The notes below the pieces were generated by a model. That model was not told the origin of the DNA, did no database searches, and saw only the letters and a list, made by a program, of their open reading frames with translations. This document shows, in pieces, positions 44,041 to 52,351 of a stretch of 55,023 nucleotides of DNA. The position numbers were made by a program, and so were the translations under genes. This stretch comes from an uncultured Chlamydiae bacterium (GTDB lineage Bacteria; Chlamydiota; Chlamydiia; Chlamydiales; JAJFMA01), in assembly GCA_945957095.1 (NCBI GenBank), contig CAMFKD010000001.1:1-55023 (forward strand). Reading direction: 5' to 3'. Position 1 is the stretch's first letter, and each line of letters opens with the position of its first letter.

Positions 44041-45594
44041 ATGAATACAGTGTCGCAAACAGGTGTTACAACAGATGTAAAAACTTCTGTATGGCTAGAG
44101 TATCAAAAAACAGCATTAACAGCTAAAGAAATAAGTAGAGAGCAACTGCGAGATGCTGTTGGCGCTGTCGTAGTGGATTTACAAAATAATTTATTAGCCG
44201 ACGATAAAAAATATGTGCAGCGTCTGTTGCGTTGTGTGACCCGGCTTTCGGCGATCGCCTATAACGAGGATAGGGATCTCTATCATCGAATGGCCGCTGT
44301 TGTTACGGAACACTTTTCTACTCTAGCCCCTTACCTGCCAATGGACCTGCGGCTTAAGACAGAGGATGGTAGTACGGTTGCGACATCTGCGTTAGCGTTG
44401 ATGCGAGTATCGGATGTCTTTGCCAAAATGTTTGGATCTCAATTTGGAGAGAGTAAGGCATTTATCGACCGCTATCCGATCGGGCCTTTATATAAAAAGA
44501 TGAAGATCGACATTGGCGGCATTTCTAGTGAGCAGCTATGGCTGTTAGTGGACTGTATCATGGGTAGAGAGCTAAATCCATTTAGTATGGAAAAAAGGAC
44601 AGTCCATGAGTTTGACAAAACCATGGACTATTGGAATATAGGGGAAACGGATCGTAGAGAATTTCAAGATCGGATACGGTGTGCTCTCTTTCGTAACGTC
44701 CATGTTGCTGCTTTCTGGCATGATGTTTGCCCTGATCTCTCTTCGAATGATCCCGAACGGGTTGAACGAGCGGTGGCCCAACTCGCAAATGACACAACAG
44801 TAGACTATCTCCTCACCCTTATTTGCATCTTCGAAGATTTGGCGAAGATAGAAGATATGTTTCCACTATTGCAGCGTATCCTTTCCAGAATCCATGTTGA
44901 TTGGGGAAGCGGAAGCCCAGAAGCCATCCAGATATTGCTCAGTCGGTTGCATCGCCTAGGACAGTCGAGACTTTGCGATGCTTATTCCGATTATGCGTTG
45001 GAACAGTTAAGTCGGAAGCAGTCGGTCCCCGAATTATTGGAGTTGGTCGACTGTCCAGAGCGGTTAATAGGCCATTCCTTACAGTCGATTCTTTCACAGG
45101 CTACTGTGGATTGGTCCAGTGGGACCGTAGAGCAGCGCAGAAGGTTGCTAGACCTTATGGATCAAATAGGGAATCCTTTGGCAGTCATGCGTTATTTTGA
45201 CGGAGTGGTTGGGGAGTCCTCTAGCGAGCAATTACTAAGAATTCTAGAAAGGGAAACTCTGTTGCCTAATCTCACAGAGGAAGAATCGCTCATCTATGCC
45301 AAACGATGCATTTGGGATCACCTGCGCCAGTGGTTTCGAGCTATCGCTGATGATTGGGATCACGTCAGCACTCATGTTAAGATTCGAGGTGCCAAGCAAA
45401 CGCTAAGGCGTAAGCTTCTCGATTCAACCATTGTAAGTAACTTAAAGCGGTTTGCGGCTGTGGGTTCATCTCTGCGCCCCTGGAACTTTCATGGACGAGA
45501 ACTGGATGGATTTCCTAAGGCGGCACAAGAGTGGTTGATGAATGCGATTAATGGAAAATTTGGCATTCACAATGTACCCTCTACAGGTAGCTAA
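44041..45594 (+). CDS. BTB/POZ-like domain protein (eukaryote-like, candidate effector)
   Basis: 517 aa. Residues ~100-200 (DLRLKTEDGSTVATSALALMRVSDVFAKMFGSQFGESK...IDIGGISSEQLWLLVDCIMGREL) follow the BTB consensus pattern. The C-terminal part has an internal duplication (ILSRIHVDWGSGSPEAIQILLSRLHRLG / ILSQATVDWSSGTVEQRRRLLDLMDQIG). Confidence 0.55.
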   Translation: MNTVSQTGVTTDVKTSVWLEYQKTALTAKEISREQLRDAVGAVVVDLQNNLLADDKKYVQRLLRCVTRLSAIAYNEDRDLYHRMAAVVTEHFSTLAPYLPMDLRLKTEDGSTVATSALALMRVSDVFAKMFGSQFGESKAFIDRYPIGPLYKKMKIDIGGISSEQLWLLVDCIMGRELNPFSMEKRTVHEFDKTMDYWNIGETDRREFQDRIRCALFRNVHVAAFWHDVCPDLSSNDPERVERAVAQLANDTTVDYLLTLICIFEDLAKIEDMFPLLQRILSRIHVDWGSGSPEAIQILLSRLHRLGQSRLCDAYSDYALEQLSRKQSVPELLELVDCPERLIGHSLQSILSQATVDWSSGTVEQRRRLLDLMDQIGNPLAVMRYFDGVVGESSSEQLLRILERETLLPNLTEEESLIYAKRCIWDHLRQWFRAIADDWDHVSTHVKIRGAKQTLRRKLLDSTIVSNLKRFAAVGSSLRPWNFHGRELDGFPKAAQEWLMNAINGKFGIHNVPSTGS

Positions 45595-46841
45595 CCTTTT
45601 CCGTAGCTTGGGATGAGGTATGTTTTGCGCTTCTCTAGAAATGCTTTGCGTTCCTTGTCGTGTAGCCCTTTCAGTTCCCAGACGACATAGTTCTTTTCCT
45701 GTAAGATGCGGAAGACCTCATCTGTTCCATTGACCTTCGCGAACATCTCGCGTCGGCTTTTGGACTTTTCTAGCGCATCCATGAATGGTTTAGGATATAG
45801 GCTTTTGAGCATGCCAATCAGCAGATACTGCGTCTGTACTGGTTTAAAGACTTTTGGATCGGTGATCGTTAAGAGTACGCCATGGCAGGGCTCTTGTGAA
45901 AACTTTCCAGAAAACGGACGGAAGTGGAAAGGGATGAACGCCACACCCGGGAACTTTTGTGCATTGAGCTTGGTAGCGAAAGCTTCGGCATCGATCCAAG
46001 GCGCTCCTATTATCTTGAAAGGCAGGGTATAGCCGATGCCGATGCTGGCAATATGTAGTTCTCCTAGAATCCCGGTGGTGGGGTAGAACCATGCCGTAGA
46101 AGCCTCAGGGATATTGGGACTTGTAGGGATCCAAGTCAATCCCGTGTCCTCAAACGTCATACTGCGCTTCCATCCGCGCATCGGAATCACATGCAGTTCA
46201 GCCCCGATGTGATATTCTCCATTGAAAAAAGCAGCTAATTCACCCACCGTCATCCCGTGGCAATAAGGGACGTTGAGATAACCGACGATGGAGCGCCACT
46301 TCTCTTCTAGAAGAGGGCCGTCGACGAGAAGACCATTGATAGGATTGGGGCGATCGAGGACGACCACAGGGATTTTTTCCTTGGCTGCCTCTTCTATCGC
46401 ATAGCATAGGGTGGAAACATAGGTGTAGGAGCGAGACCCGATATCTTGAATGTCATATAGCAGTAAGTCGAGATCCTTTAGCATCTCTTTGGTAGGACGT
46501 TTAGTGGTACCGTGGAGACTGTAGATAGGTAGGCCGTCGATGTCTTTGCCATGTTCGATGTTATCAGCAGCATAGGCATCGCCGGTGATCCCATGCTCCG
46601 GAGCGAACAGAGCGACCAATTGATACCCTTTGCGGTGGGCGTTAGCCTTGAGGATTTCAATCGTATAGCGTCGCTGGCTGTTGACGGCAGTGTGATTCGT
46701 AATGAGGCCTAACCTTTTTCCTTTTAATAAAGCATCATAATCGCCTGATACTAGCGTGTCGATGCCCACTTGTACCGGCGCAGCTTGCAAGGTGCTGGCA
46801 AAGAATAGAAGGAAAATGATTCTTAGGAAGAACTGTTTCAT
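45591..46841 (-). CDS. namZ: DUF1343 family protein (exo-beta-N-acetylmuramidase NamZ/YbbC-like), secreted
   Basis: I chose the start at M18 (MKQFFLRIIFLLFFASTLQAAPVQ, a signal peptide). It has a DUF1343-like core: GLITNHTAVNS, FAPEHGITGD, LLLYDIQDIGSRSYTY, VVLDRPNPINGL and PYCHGMTVGELA. Confidence 0.8.
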   Translation of the reverse strand: MKQFFLRIIFLLFFASTLQAAPVQVGIDTLVSGDYDALLKGKRLGLITNHTAVNSQRRYTIEILKANAHRKGYQLVALFAPEHGITGDAYAADNIEHGKDIDGLPIYSLHGTTKRPTKEMLKDLDLLLYDIQDIGSRSYTYVSTLCYAIEEAAKEKIPVVVLDRPNPINGLLVDGPLLEEKWRSIVGYLNVPYCHGMTVGELAAFFNGEYHIGAELHVIPMRGWKRSMTFEDTGLTWIPTSPNIPEASTAWFYPTTGILGELHIASIGIGYTLPFKIIGAPWIDAEAFATKLNAQKFPGVAFIPFHFRPFSGKFSQEPCHGVLLTITDPKVFKPVQTQYLLIGMLKSLYPKPFMDALEKSKSRREMFAKVNGTDEVFRILQEKNYVVWELKGLHDKERKAFLEKRKTYLIPSYGKG

Positions 46842-46923
46842 CAGGTAACACCATAACACAAGGTGTCTGTTTTTTGGGAGTAACGTACACACACACCAAG
46901 TAGATTGTTTCTGTTTCTCTTTT

Positions 46924-47125
46924 GTAAATGTTCACCTATGTCACCATTCGTGCCCGCGCCCGTGTGCATTAAGCTAAACAACATTTTCACCAGCAGAGAT
47001 CAGTGAGATCTATGAGAAGGATTGAGATAGTGTTAGAATATTGGGTTGAGACCTTTCATTTCTTCTCCCTAATCTCATTCCTCCTCACTGGTCTCTGTGG
47101 CTCAGTGGTGAATTATGCAACAAGC
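46924..47125. repeat. another copy of the modular repeat (modules A-B-C plus an F module)
   Basis: Reads gtaaatgttcacctatgtcaccattcgtgcccgcgcccgtgtgcattaagctaaacaacattttcacc... The end, ctcactggtctctgtggctcagtggtgaattatgcaacaa, is the reverse complement (with mismatches and a gap) of 54944-54978. Confidence 0.7.
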
Positions 47126-47228
47126 CCACCCCATGAACATATACCCACGTTTTCGCCTCGCAGCGAAGTTAAGTTTATTTTCAACCTAACTCGTTTCCAT
47201 GCTAAGGTGAGGCAAAGCGAGGGGATAA

Positions 47229-48749
47229 ATGAATATTTCCTATACAGAGCAGAGCCGATTTAAGTTGGTCATTCTGGCTCTATTATTGCCCTTCACCTTG
47301 TATATTATAGGTCTTAATCCTTATGTCGCACCGGAGACCTATGATGATGTGGTCTACCTGCAGGGAGCCGCTTCGTTGGCCAACTTTGATGGGTACCGCT
47401 CTCTTGGACAGCCTATTGTGGATTGGCCACCACTGCTTTCCGTCTACCTAGCGATCCCGATGTGGTTAGGGTTACAGTCCGTGTGGGTTGCCAAGCTGCT
47501 TATTCTGCTGACCGTAGCATTAGGCATGGTGATGATCTATCGCTATCTTGACACGTTAAAACGACCTCATGTTGTGTTGATCTGTGTCTTGATGCTATTG
47601 CTCCCAAATAGCCTGATTTGGGGAACGCGGGTGATGACAGAATGGCCCTATATTTTGCTCAGCTTTTCGTTTCTCTTCATGCTGCATAAAGTAAATGGAC
47701 GCCCCTATCTAAGTGTCATTGTATTGTCGGGGTTGCTGTTCGCTGCTTGCCTATTGACGCGCTACGCTGGGGTGCTTTTGTTTGCTGCGTTGGTGGCTCA
47801 AGCATGGGAACGTTATTCCAAACGTAAGCCTGGACGACCAGCTTTACGTTATGTCATGCCCGAGATGATGATCTCAGCTATTGGAGTAGGAATCTTTGCT
47901 GTTGTGTGGTTGCTACCGATGTTGTGGATGCGACTATCGGGAGAGGCCGCTTCGAAGTATTATCAAGACATGAGTGTCATCAGCTCTGTAGAGCCTCTTT
48001 CTTTGTTTGGCTTTGTGTTAGACCTCTTCTTTCAAGAGCGCGCATTCACGGCGTTACCTTTTGGCTATCTTGTTATCATCCCGATGTTGATGATTACAGT
48101 GTTGGTGATGTGGGGGTTTGTTGTTCTTTGCTACCAGCGCGTTCTCCGTCCCGGTGACTGGTATGTCGTCGCTTGGTTGATTGTTTTTGCGATTCATGAT
48201 GGTAAGTATACGCGGTACCTATTGCCTATCGCTCCGTTGGTACTTAGCTACTTCTTTTTAGGTGCTGAAGCAATTTATAATCAATGGCTTGGATTTATGC
48301 GCAAGACTGCTGTTGGCTTGGGTACCTTAGCTATCTGTACTTGGATAGTTTATCTTGCCGCGTTAGATGTCTACCTCCTGATCAAAGGCAATGGGAAGGC
48401 CTATAGCGGAATCAGCTATTTGGCAAGTCCTACTCCGGAGCAATTCTATCTGGGTGATTGGTTGGATCTCTACCTCGCAAGCCACCAAATGAAGGAAGAT
48501 TCAATACCAGGACCTTTTGCTCTGTATAACGTCGGTGCCAGACGATATGCGGCTTACTTTTCGGGTCGACCCATCGAAGACTACTGGTCTGGTCATCCCT
48601 ATCGTTATCTGCTGTTGGGAACGCGTGGGCCTGTTCCTGAAGACCTTAAAGAGGGATTAGCATCTAAACTAGTGTTCCAGCGTCCCGCCTATTCCCTCTA
48701 TCTCGTATCGGGTAACCAAACTGGTGGGGCAGGGCCAAGCAAACAATGA
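47229..48749 (+). CDS. polytopic membrane protein, possibly a GT-C fold glycosyltransferase (ArnT/PMT-like)
   Basis: 506 aa with about 10 or more hydrophobic segments. The first loop has PETYDDVVYLQGAASL, which resembles the DxD/ExxY loop motif of GT-C enzymes. The functional call is weak. Its stop overlaps the putA start (ATGA). Confidence 0.45.
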   Translation: MNISYTEQSRFKLVILALLLPFTLYIIGLNPYVAPETYDDVVYLQGAASLANFDGYRSLGQPIVDWPPLLSVYLAIPMWLGLQSVWVAKLLILLTVALGMVMIYRYLDTLKRPHVVLICVLMLLLPNSLIWGTRVMTEWPYILLSFSFLFMLHKVNGRPYLSVIVLSGLLFAACLLTRYAGVLLFAALVAQAWERYSKRKPGRPALRYVMPEMMISAIGVGIFAVVWLLPMLWMRLSGEAASKYYQDMSVISSVEPLSLFGFVLDLFFQERAFTALPFGYLVIIPMLMITVLVMWGFVVLCYQRVLRPGDWYVVAWLIVFAIHDGKYTRYLLPIAPLVLSYFFLGAEAIYNQWLGFMRKTAVGLGTLAICTWIVYLAALDVYLLIKGNGKAYSGISYLASPTPEQFYLGDWLDLYLASHQMKEDSIPGPFALYNVGARRYAAYFSGRPIEDYWSGHPYRYLLLGTRGPVPEDLKEGLASKLVFQRPAYSLYLVSGNQTGGAGPSKQ

Positions 48750-51700
48750 CCGATGACCTTCTCGGATACCGCGAAAAAGCGTTGCACCTCCTATCTAAAG
48801 CAAAAGAAAGTGGAGCAAACGCACAACAAGCGTTAGAACTGGCATCGGTACTGTTATGTTGGGGTGAAGCGATTCAAACAGTTGATGAGCGGCAGCTTCA
48901 AGCACAGCTAGCTCGAATGATGGACGATCCAGTAGGAAAAGCCTTCACCGCTAGCTTGACAGATCAATGTTTTCGTAGCCATGATCCTAGTCGCATCGCC
49001 AATCAGATCGCCTATCTCATCGATCGATATGGCATTCCTCACTTTCTCACGGCAAAGCGTCGCATGGAGCTTAAGCTCTTTAGGGCTATGAGTCCATTAT
49101 TTCCACGATTGTTAGTGCCTGTGGTAAAGCATGCTCTTCGGCGCGAGACGGCACGTGTGATTCTACCAGGAGAACCCAAAGCGCTTACAACACATCTTCA
49201 GCAGAGAAGTCGTGAGAATGTGCGTGTCAATCTCAACCATCTCGGCGAGGCTATCTTAGGAGAAGACGAAGCTCAGCGTCGCCTTAAAAGCTATCTCGAT
49301 GACCTTGCCAATCCAGATATCACCTACATCTCAGTGAAGATCTCAACCATTTGCAGCCAATTAAACCTTCTCGATTGGGATTATACTCTTCATATTTTGT
49401 CGCAGCGTTTGCGTCAGCTCTACCGTGCTAGCATCAGTGACCCGCCAAAATTCGTCAACTTAGACATGGAGGAATATCAAGACCTTGCCTTGACTGTTGC
49501 CCTCTTTAAACGTGTTTTAGATGAGCCTGAGTTTCAGCAGCTATCCGCTGGTATTGTTTTACAAGCTTACATCCCTGACTCCTTTCACTATCAGCAAACT
49601 CTAACAGATTGGGCAATCAAGCGTGTTGCCGGTGGTGGAGCTCCCATTAAGATTCGCATCGTAAAAGGTGCTAATCTGGCAATGGAACAAGTGATGGCAT
49701 CGATGAATGGATGGGAGCAGGCTCCTTACGGAAACAAGGGCAATGTAGATGCCAACTTTAAGCGGATGGTGACGTATGGCATGACATCCCAACATGCTCA
49801 TGCCGTTCATCTGGGGATTGGCAGTCACAATCTCTTTGATATCGCCTATGCTTTGCTATTGAGAGCAGAGAAAGGAGTCGAAGATCAAGTGACCTTTGAA
49901 ATGCTAGAAGGCATGGCGGACCATCTGAGGCGTGCCGTTCAAGCTGTGAGTGGAGACATCTTGCTCTATTGCCCAGCAGCCACGGCTGAAGAGTTCCAAC
50001 ATGCGATCGCTTACCTCATCCGACGACTAGACGAAAATACAGCTCCTCAGAACTTTCTACGTCATCTTTTCCATTTATCTCCTGGTACGTCAGAATGGGA
50101 GCAACAGGCAAATGCCTTTACAATCGCTTGTCAGCAAATTGACCAAGTATCAAGTTCTTCTCAACGCATCCAAAATCGTGCTGATGAGCCGCAACAACCT
50201 TTATATGATTCTTCTTTTTGCAACGAACCCAATACAGATTGGTCACAAGCTTCTAATCGAGCTTGGTTAGCTGGTGTCGTAAAAGCTTGGGCTGATATTT
50301 CGTTGCCTAATATAGAATCAGCAACACTAAAACAGGTAGAAGATGCCGTTTCTACAGCTGCTGCCGCTAATCCTCAATGGGCGACAACATCAGTAAGCGA
50401 GCGTTCTCGCATTCTCTGGAATGCTGCCCAGGCAATCCGTCGAAGACGCGCTGATCTCATGGGAGCCATGATCTATACATGTGGCAAGATAGCTACAGAA
50501 GCCGATGTAGAAATACAGGAGGCTATCGATTTCATCGAATACTATCGCCGACAGATCTGTGAGCTTTATGCGTTGTCTGATATTTCCTGGAAGCCAAAAG
50601 GTACTGTCTTGGTTGCACCACCCTGGAACTTTCCCTGTTCCATTCCCGTAGGTGGAATCGCTGCTGCTTTGGCAACTGGCAACACTGTCTTGTTTAAGCC
50701 TGCCCCTGAGGCTGTTCAAGTGGGATACTTGATCGCTCAAGCTTTTTGGGAAGCAGGAGTCGGTAGGGACGTTCTCCAATTTATCGTCTGCGACGACGAG
50801 GTGGCAGGCAAAGGTTTTATTCAGAATGAACGCGTCAATGCTGTCATTTTGACTGGTTCTACAGTTACGGCACGACACCTCCTCCATTTGCGCCCTGGTC
50901 TCGACTTGTTGGCTGAGACAGGTGGCAAGAATGCCATAATCGTGTCACGCATGGCTGACCGCGATCTTGCTATCCGTGATGCCGTGCAATCAGCTTTTGG
51001 CCACGCAGGACAAAAATGCAGTGCCTGCAGCTTACTGATCTGTGAAGCTGAGGTCTATGATGACCCTCACTTTAGAGAACAACTACGAGATGCTGCGTCA
51101 AGTTGGGCTGTCGGCGCCTCGTGGGAGATGAGAACGAAAATAGGTCCTCTCATCGCTGCTCCGCGAGAAGAACAACGACGTGCGCTCACGACTTTAGAGG
51201 AAGGTGAGGAGTGGCTGCTGCAACCGCAGCCCGATCCGGATAATCCCTGCTTATGGTCGCCAGGGATCAAAATCGGCGTACAGCCAGGAAGCTTTACGCA
51301 TCGTACAGAGTTTTTCGCGCCTTTGCTTGCCGTCATGCGCGCTAAAGACATCGATGAAGCGATAGCAATGGCTAACGGAACGCCTTACGGTTTGACGTCG
51401 GGTTTGCATAGTTTAGATAGTCGTGAGCATCAACAATGGCTAGCTTCTATCGAAGCTGGCAACCTCTATATCAATCGCGGTATTACCGGTGCTGTGGTCC
51501 AGAGGCAGCCATTTGGTGGCTGTAAAGACAGCAGTTTTGGCCCTGGCGCCAAGGCCGGCGGTCCTCACTATTTGATCAACCTGATGCGTGCCGAACAAAC
51601 GATGTTGCCTCAACAAAGTACTGAGATACCGGAACAGATAAAGACCTTTGTGCAGTGGGTTACCCAACAGCTATCCGATCGCGAGCAGCCGCTATGGCAT

Positions 51701-52201
51701 GCTAGCATCGCCAGCTATTGCTACTTCTGGAAACATCTATTTTCCCAATCCGTCGATGTCAGTCACGTGATCGGACAAGATAACCGTCTGATCTATCACC
51801 CTCAGAAGATTATCCTACGCATGCAACCCCAAGACAAAGTGATAGATCTCTACCGCGTTTGTGCTGCCGCGCTGGTATGTGGCGCAGATTTAGAGATTAG
51901 CTGTAGTCGAGAAGCTTCTGTAGATGGTCTCGATCAGTGGGATATCAATATCATGATCGAAACTGAAGAGACATTTGCTCAACGCCTAGCAAACTATCCA
52001 TTCCCAAGGGTACGTCTATTACAACGTCCTTCAGCATCGTTGGAATTTGGTTTAGCTAAAACGGGTGCTAGAATTATCTTGGGACCTGTTTTAGCGAATG
52101 GACGCCTCGAACTACTCCATCATGTCCGCGAGATTGCCCTCAGCTATGATTTTCATCGCTATGGAAACCTACAGCAGGATTTCCAGGGAATTGCTCTTTG
52201 A
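48746..52201 (+). CDS. putA: bifunctional proline dehydrogenase / 1-pyrroline-5-carboxylate dehydrogenase
   Basis: 1151 aa. It has an N-terminal PRODH barrel region (ISVKISTI, VNLDMEEY, IRIVKGANL, FEMLEGM) and a C-terminal ALDH domain (FKPAPEAV, ETGGKNAIIV, GQKCSACS). Confidence 0.92.
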   Translation: MTDDLLGYREKALHLLSKAKESGANAQQALELASVLLCWGEAIQTVDERQLQAQLARMMDDPVGKAFTASLTDQCFRSHDPSRIANQIAYLIDRYGIPHFLTAKRRMELKLFRAMSPLFPRLLVPVVKHALRRETARVILPGEPKALTTHLQQRSRENVRVNLNHLGEAILGEDEAQRRLKSYLDDLANPDITYISVKISTICSQLNLLDWDYTLHILSQRLRQLYRASISDPPKFVNLDMEEYQDLALTVALFKRVLDEPEFQQLSAGIVLQAYIPDSFHYQQTLTDWAIKRVAGGGAPIKIRIVKGANLAMEQVMASMNGWEQAPYGNKGNVDANFKRMVTYGMTSQHAHAVHLGIGSHNLFDIAYALLLRAEKGVEDQVTFEMLEGMADHLRRAVQAVSGDILLYCPAATAEEFQHAIAYLIRRLDENTAPQNFLRHLFHLSPGTSEWEQQANAFTIACQQIDQVSSSSQRIQNRADEPQQPLYDSSFCNEPNTDWSQASNRAWLAGVVKAWADISLPNIESATLKQVEDAVSTAAAANPQWATTSVSERSRILWNAAQAIRRRRADLMGAMIYTCGKIATEADVEIQEAIDFIEYYRRQICELYALSDISWKPKGTVLVAPPWNFPCSIPVGGIAAALATGNTVLFKPAPEAVQVGYLIAQAFWEAGVGRDVLQFIVCDDEVAGKGFIQNERVNAVILTGSTVTARHLLHLRPGLDLLAETGGKNAIIVSRMADRDLAIRDAVQSAFGHAGQKCSACSLLICEAEVYDDPHFREQLRDAASSWAVGASWEMRTKIGPLIAAPREEQRRALTTLEEGEEWLLQPQPDPDNPCLWSPGIKIGVQPGSFTHRTEFFAPLLAVMRAKDIDEAIAMANGTPYGLTSGLHSLDSREHQQWLASIEAGNLYINRGITGAVVQRQPFGGCKDSSFGPGAKAGGPHYLINLMRAEQTMLPQQSTEIPEQIKTFVQWVTQQLSDREQPLWHASIASYCYFWKHLFSQSVDVSHVIGQDNRLIYHPQKIILRMQPQDKVIDLYRVCAAALVCGADLEISCSREASVDGLDQWDINIMIETEETFAQRLANYPFPRVRLLQRPSASLEFGLAKTGARIILGPVLANGRLELLHHVREIALSYDFHRYGNLQQDFQGIAL

Positions 52202-52252
52202 GCTGCAGCAACTTAGAGGATAGGGTGCGTGTGATGATTCTGTTCATATGCC

Positions 52253-52278
52253 AATTTTGTAACAGGAGTTACAAAATT
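52253..52278 (+). terminator. perfect 11-bp stem hairpin downstream of putA (possible terminator, no T-tract)
   Basis: AATTTTGTAAC-AGGA-GTTACAAAATT, starting 52 nt after the putA stop. The lack of a following U-run makes an intrinsic-terminator role uncertain. Confidence 0.3.
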
Positions 52279-52351
52279 GTCCATCCATGACAAATATGCT
52301 TATGCCTTGTATGATGTCCGTCTCTATTAGGTAGATGCTCTGAAGGATACA

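Noticed and set aside
46842-46900. Small hairpin acacc/ggtgt followed by a T-run at about 46848-46875 as a terminator
   Set aside because: The stem is only 5 bp. No plus-strand gene ends nearby that it could terminate, and it lies in the namZ upstream region on the opposite strand.
47003-47263. 86-aa ORF in the repeat-rich spacer before the GT-C-like gene
   Set aside because: It runs through repeat modules that occur elsewhere in either orientation, and has no RBS. It is probably non-coding.
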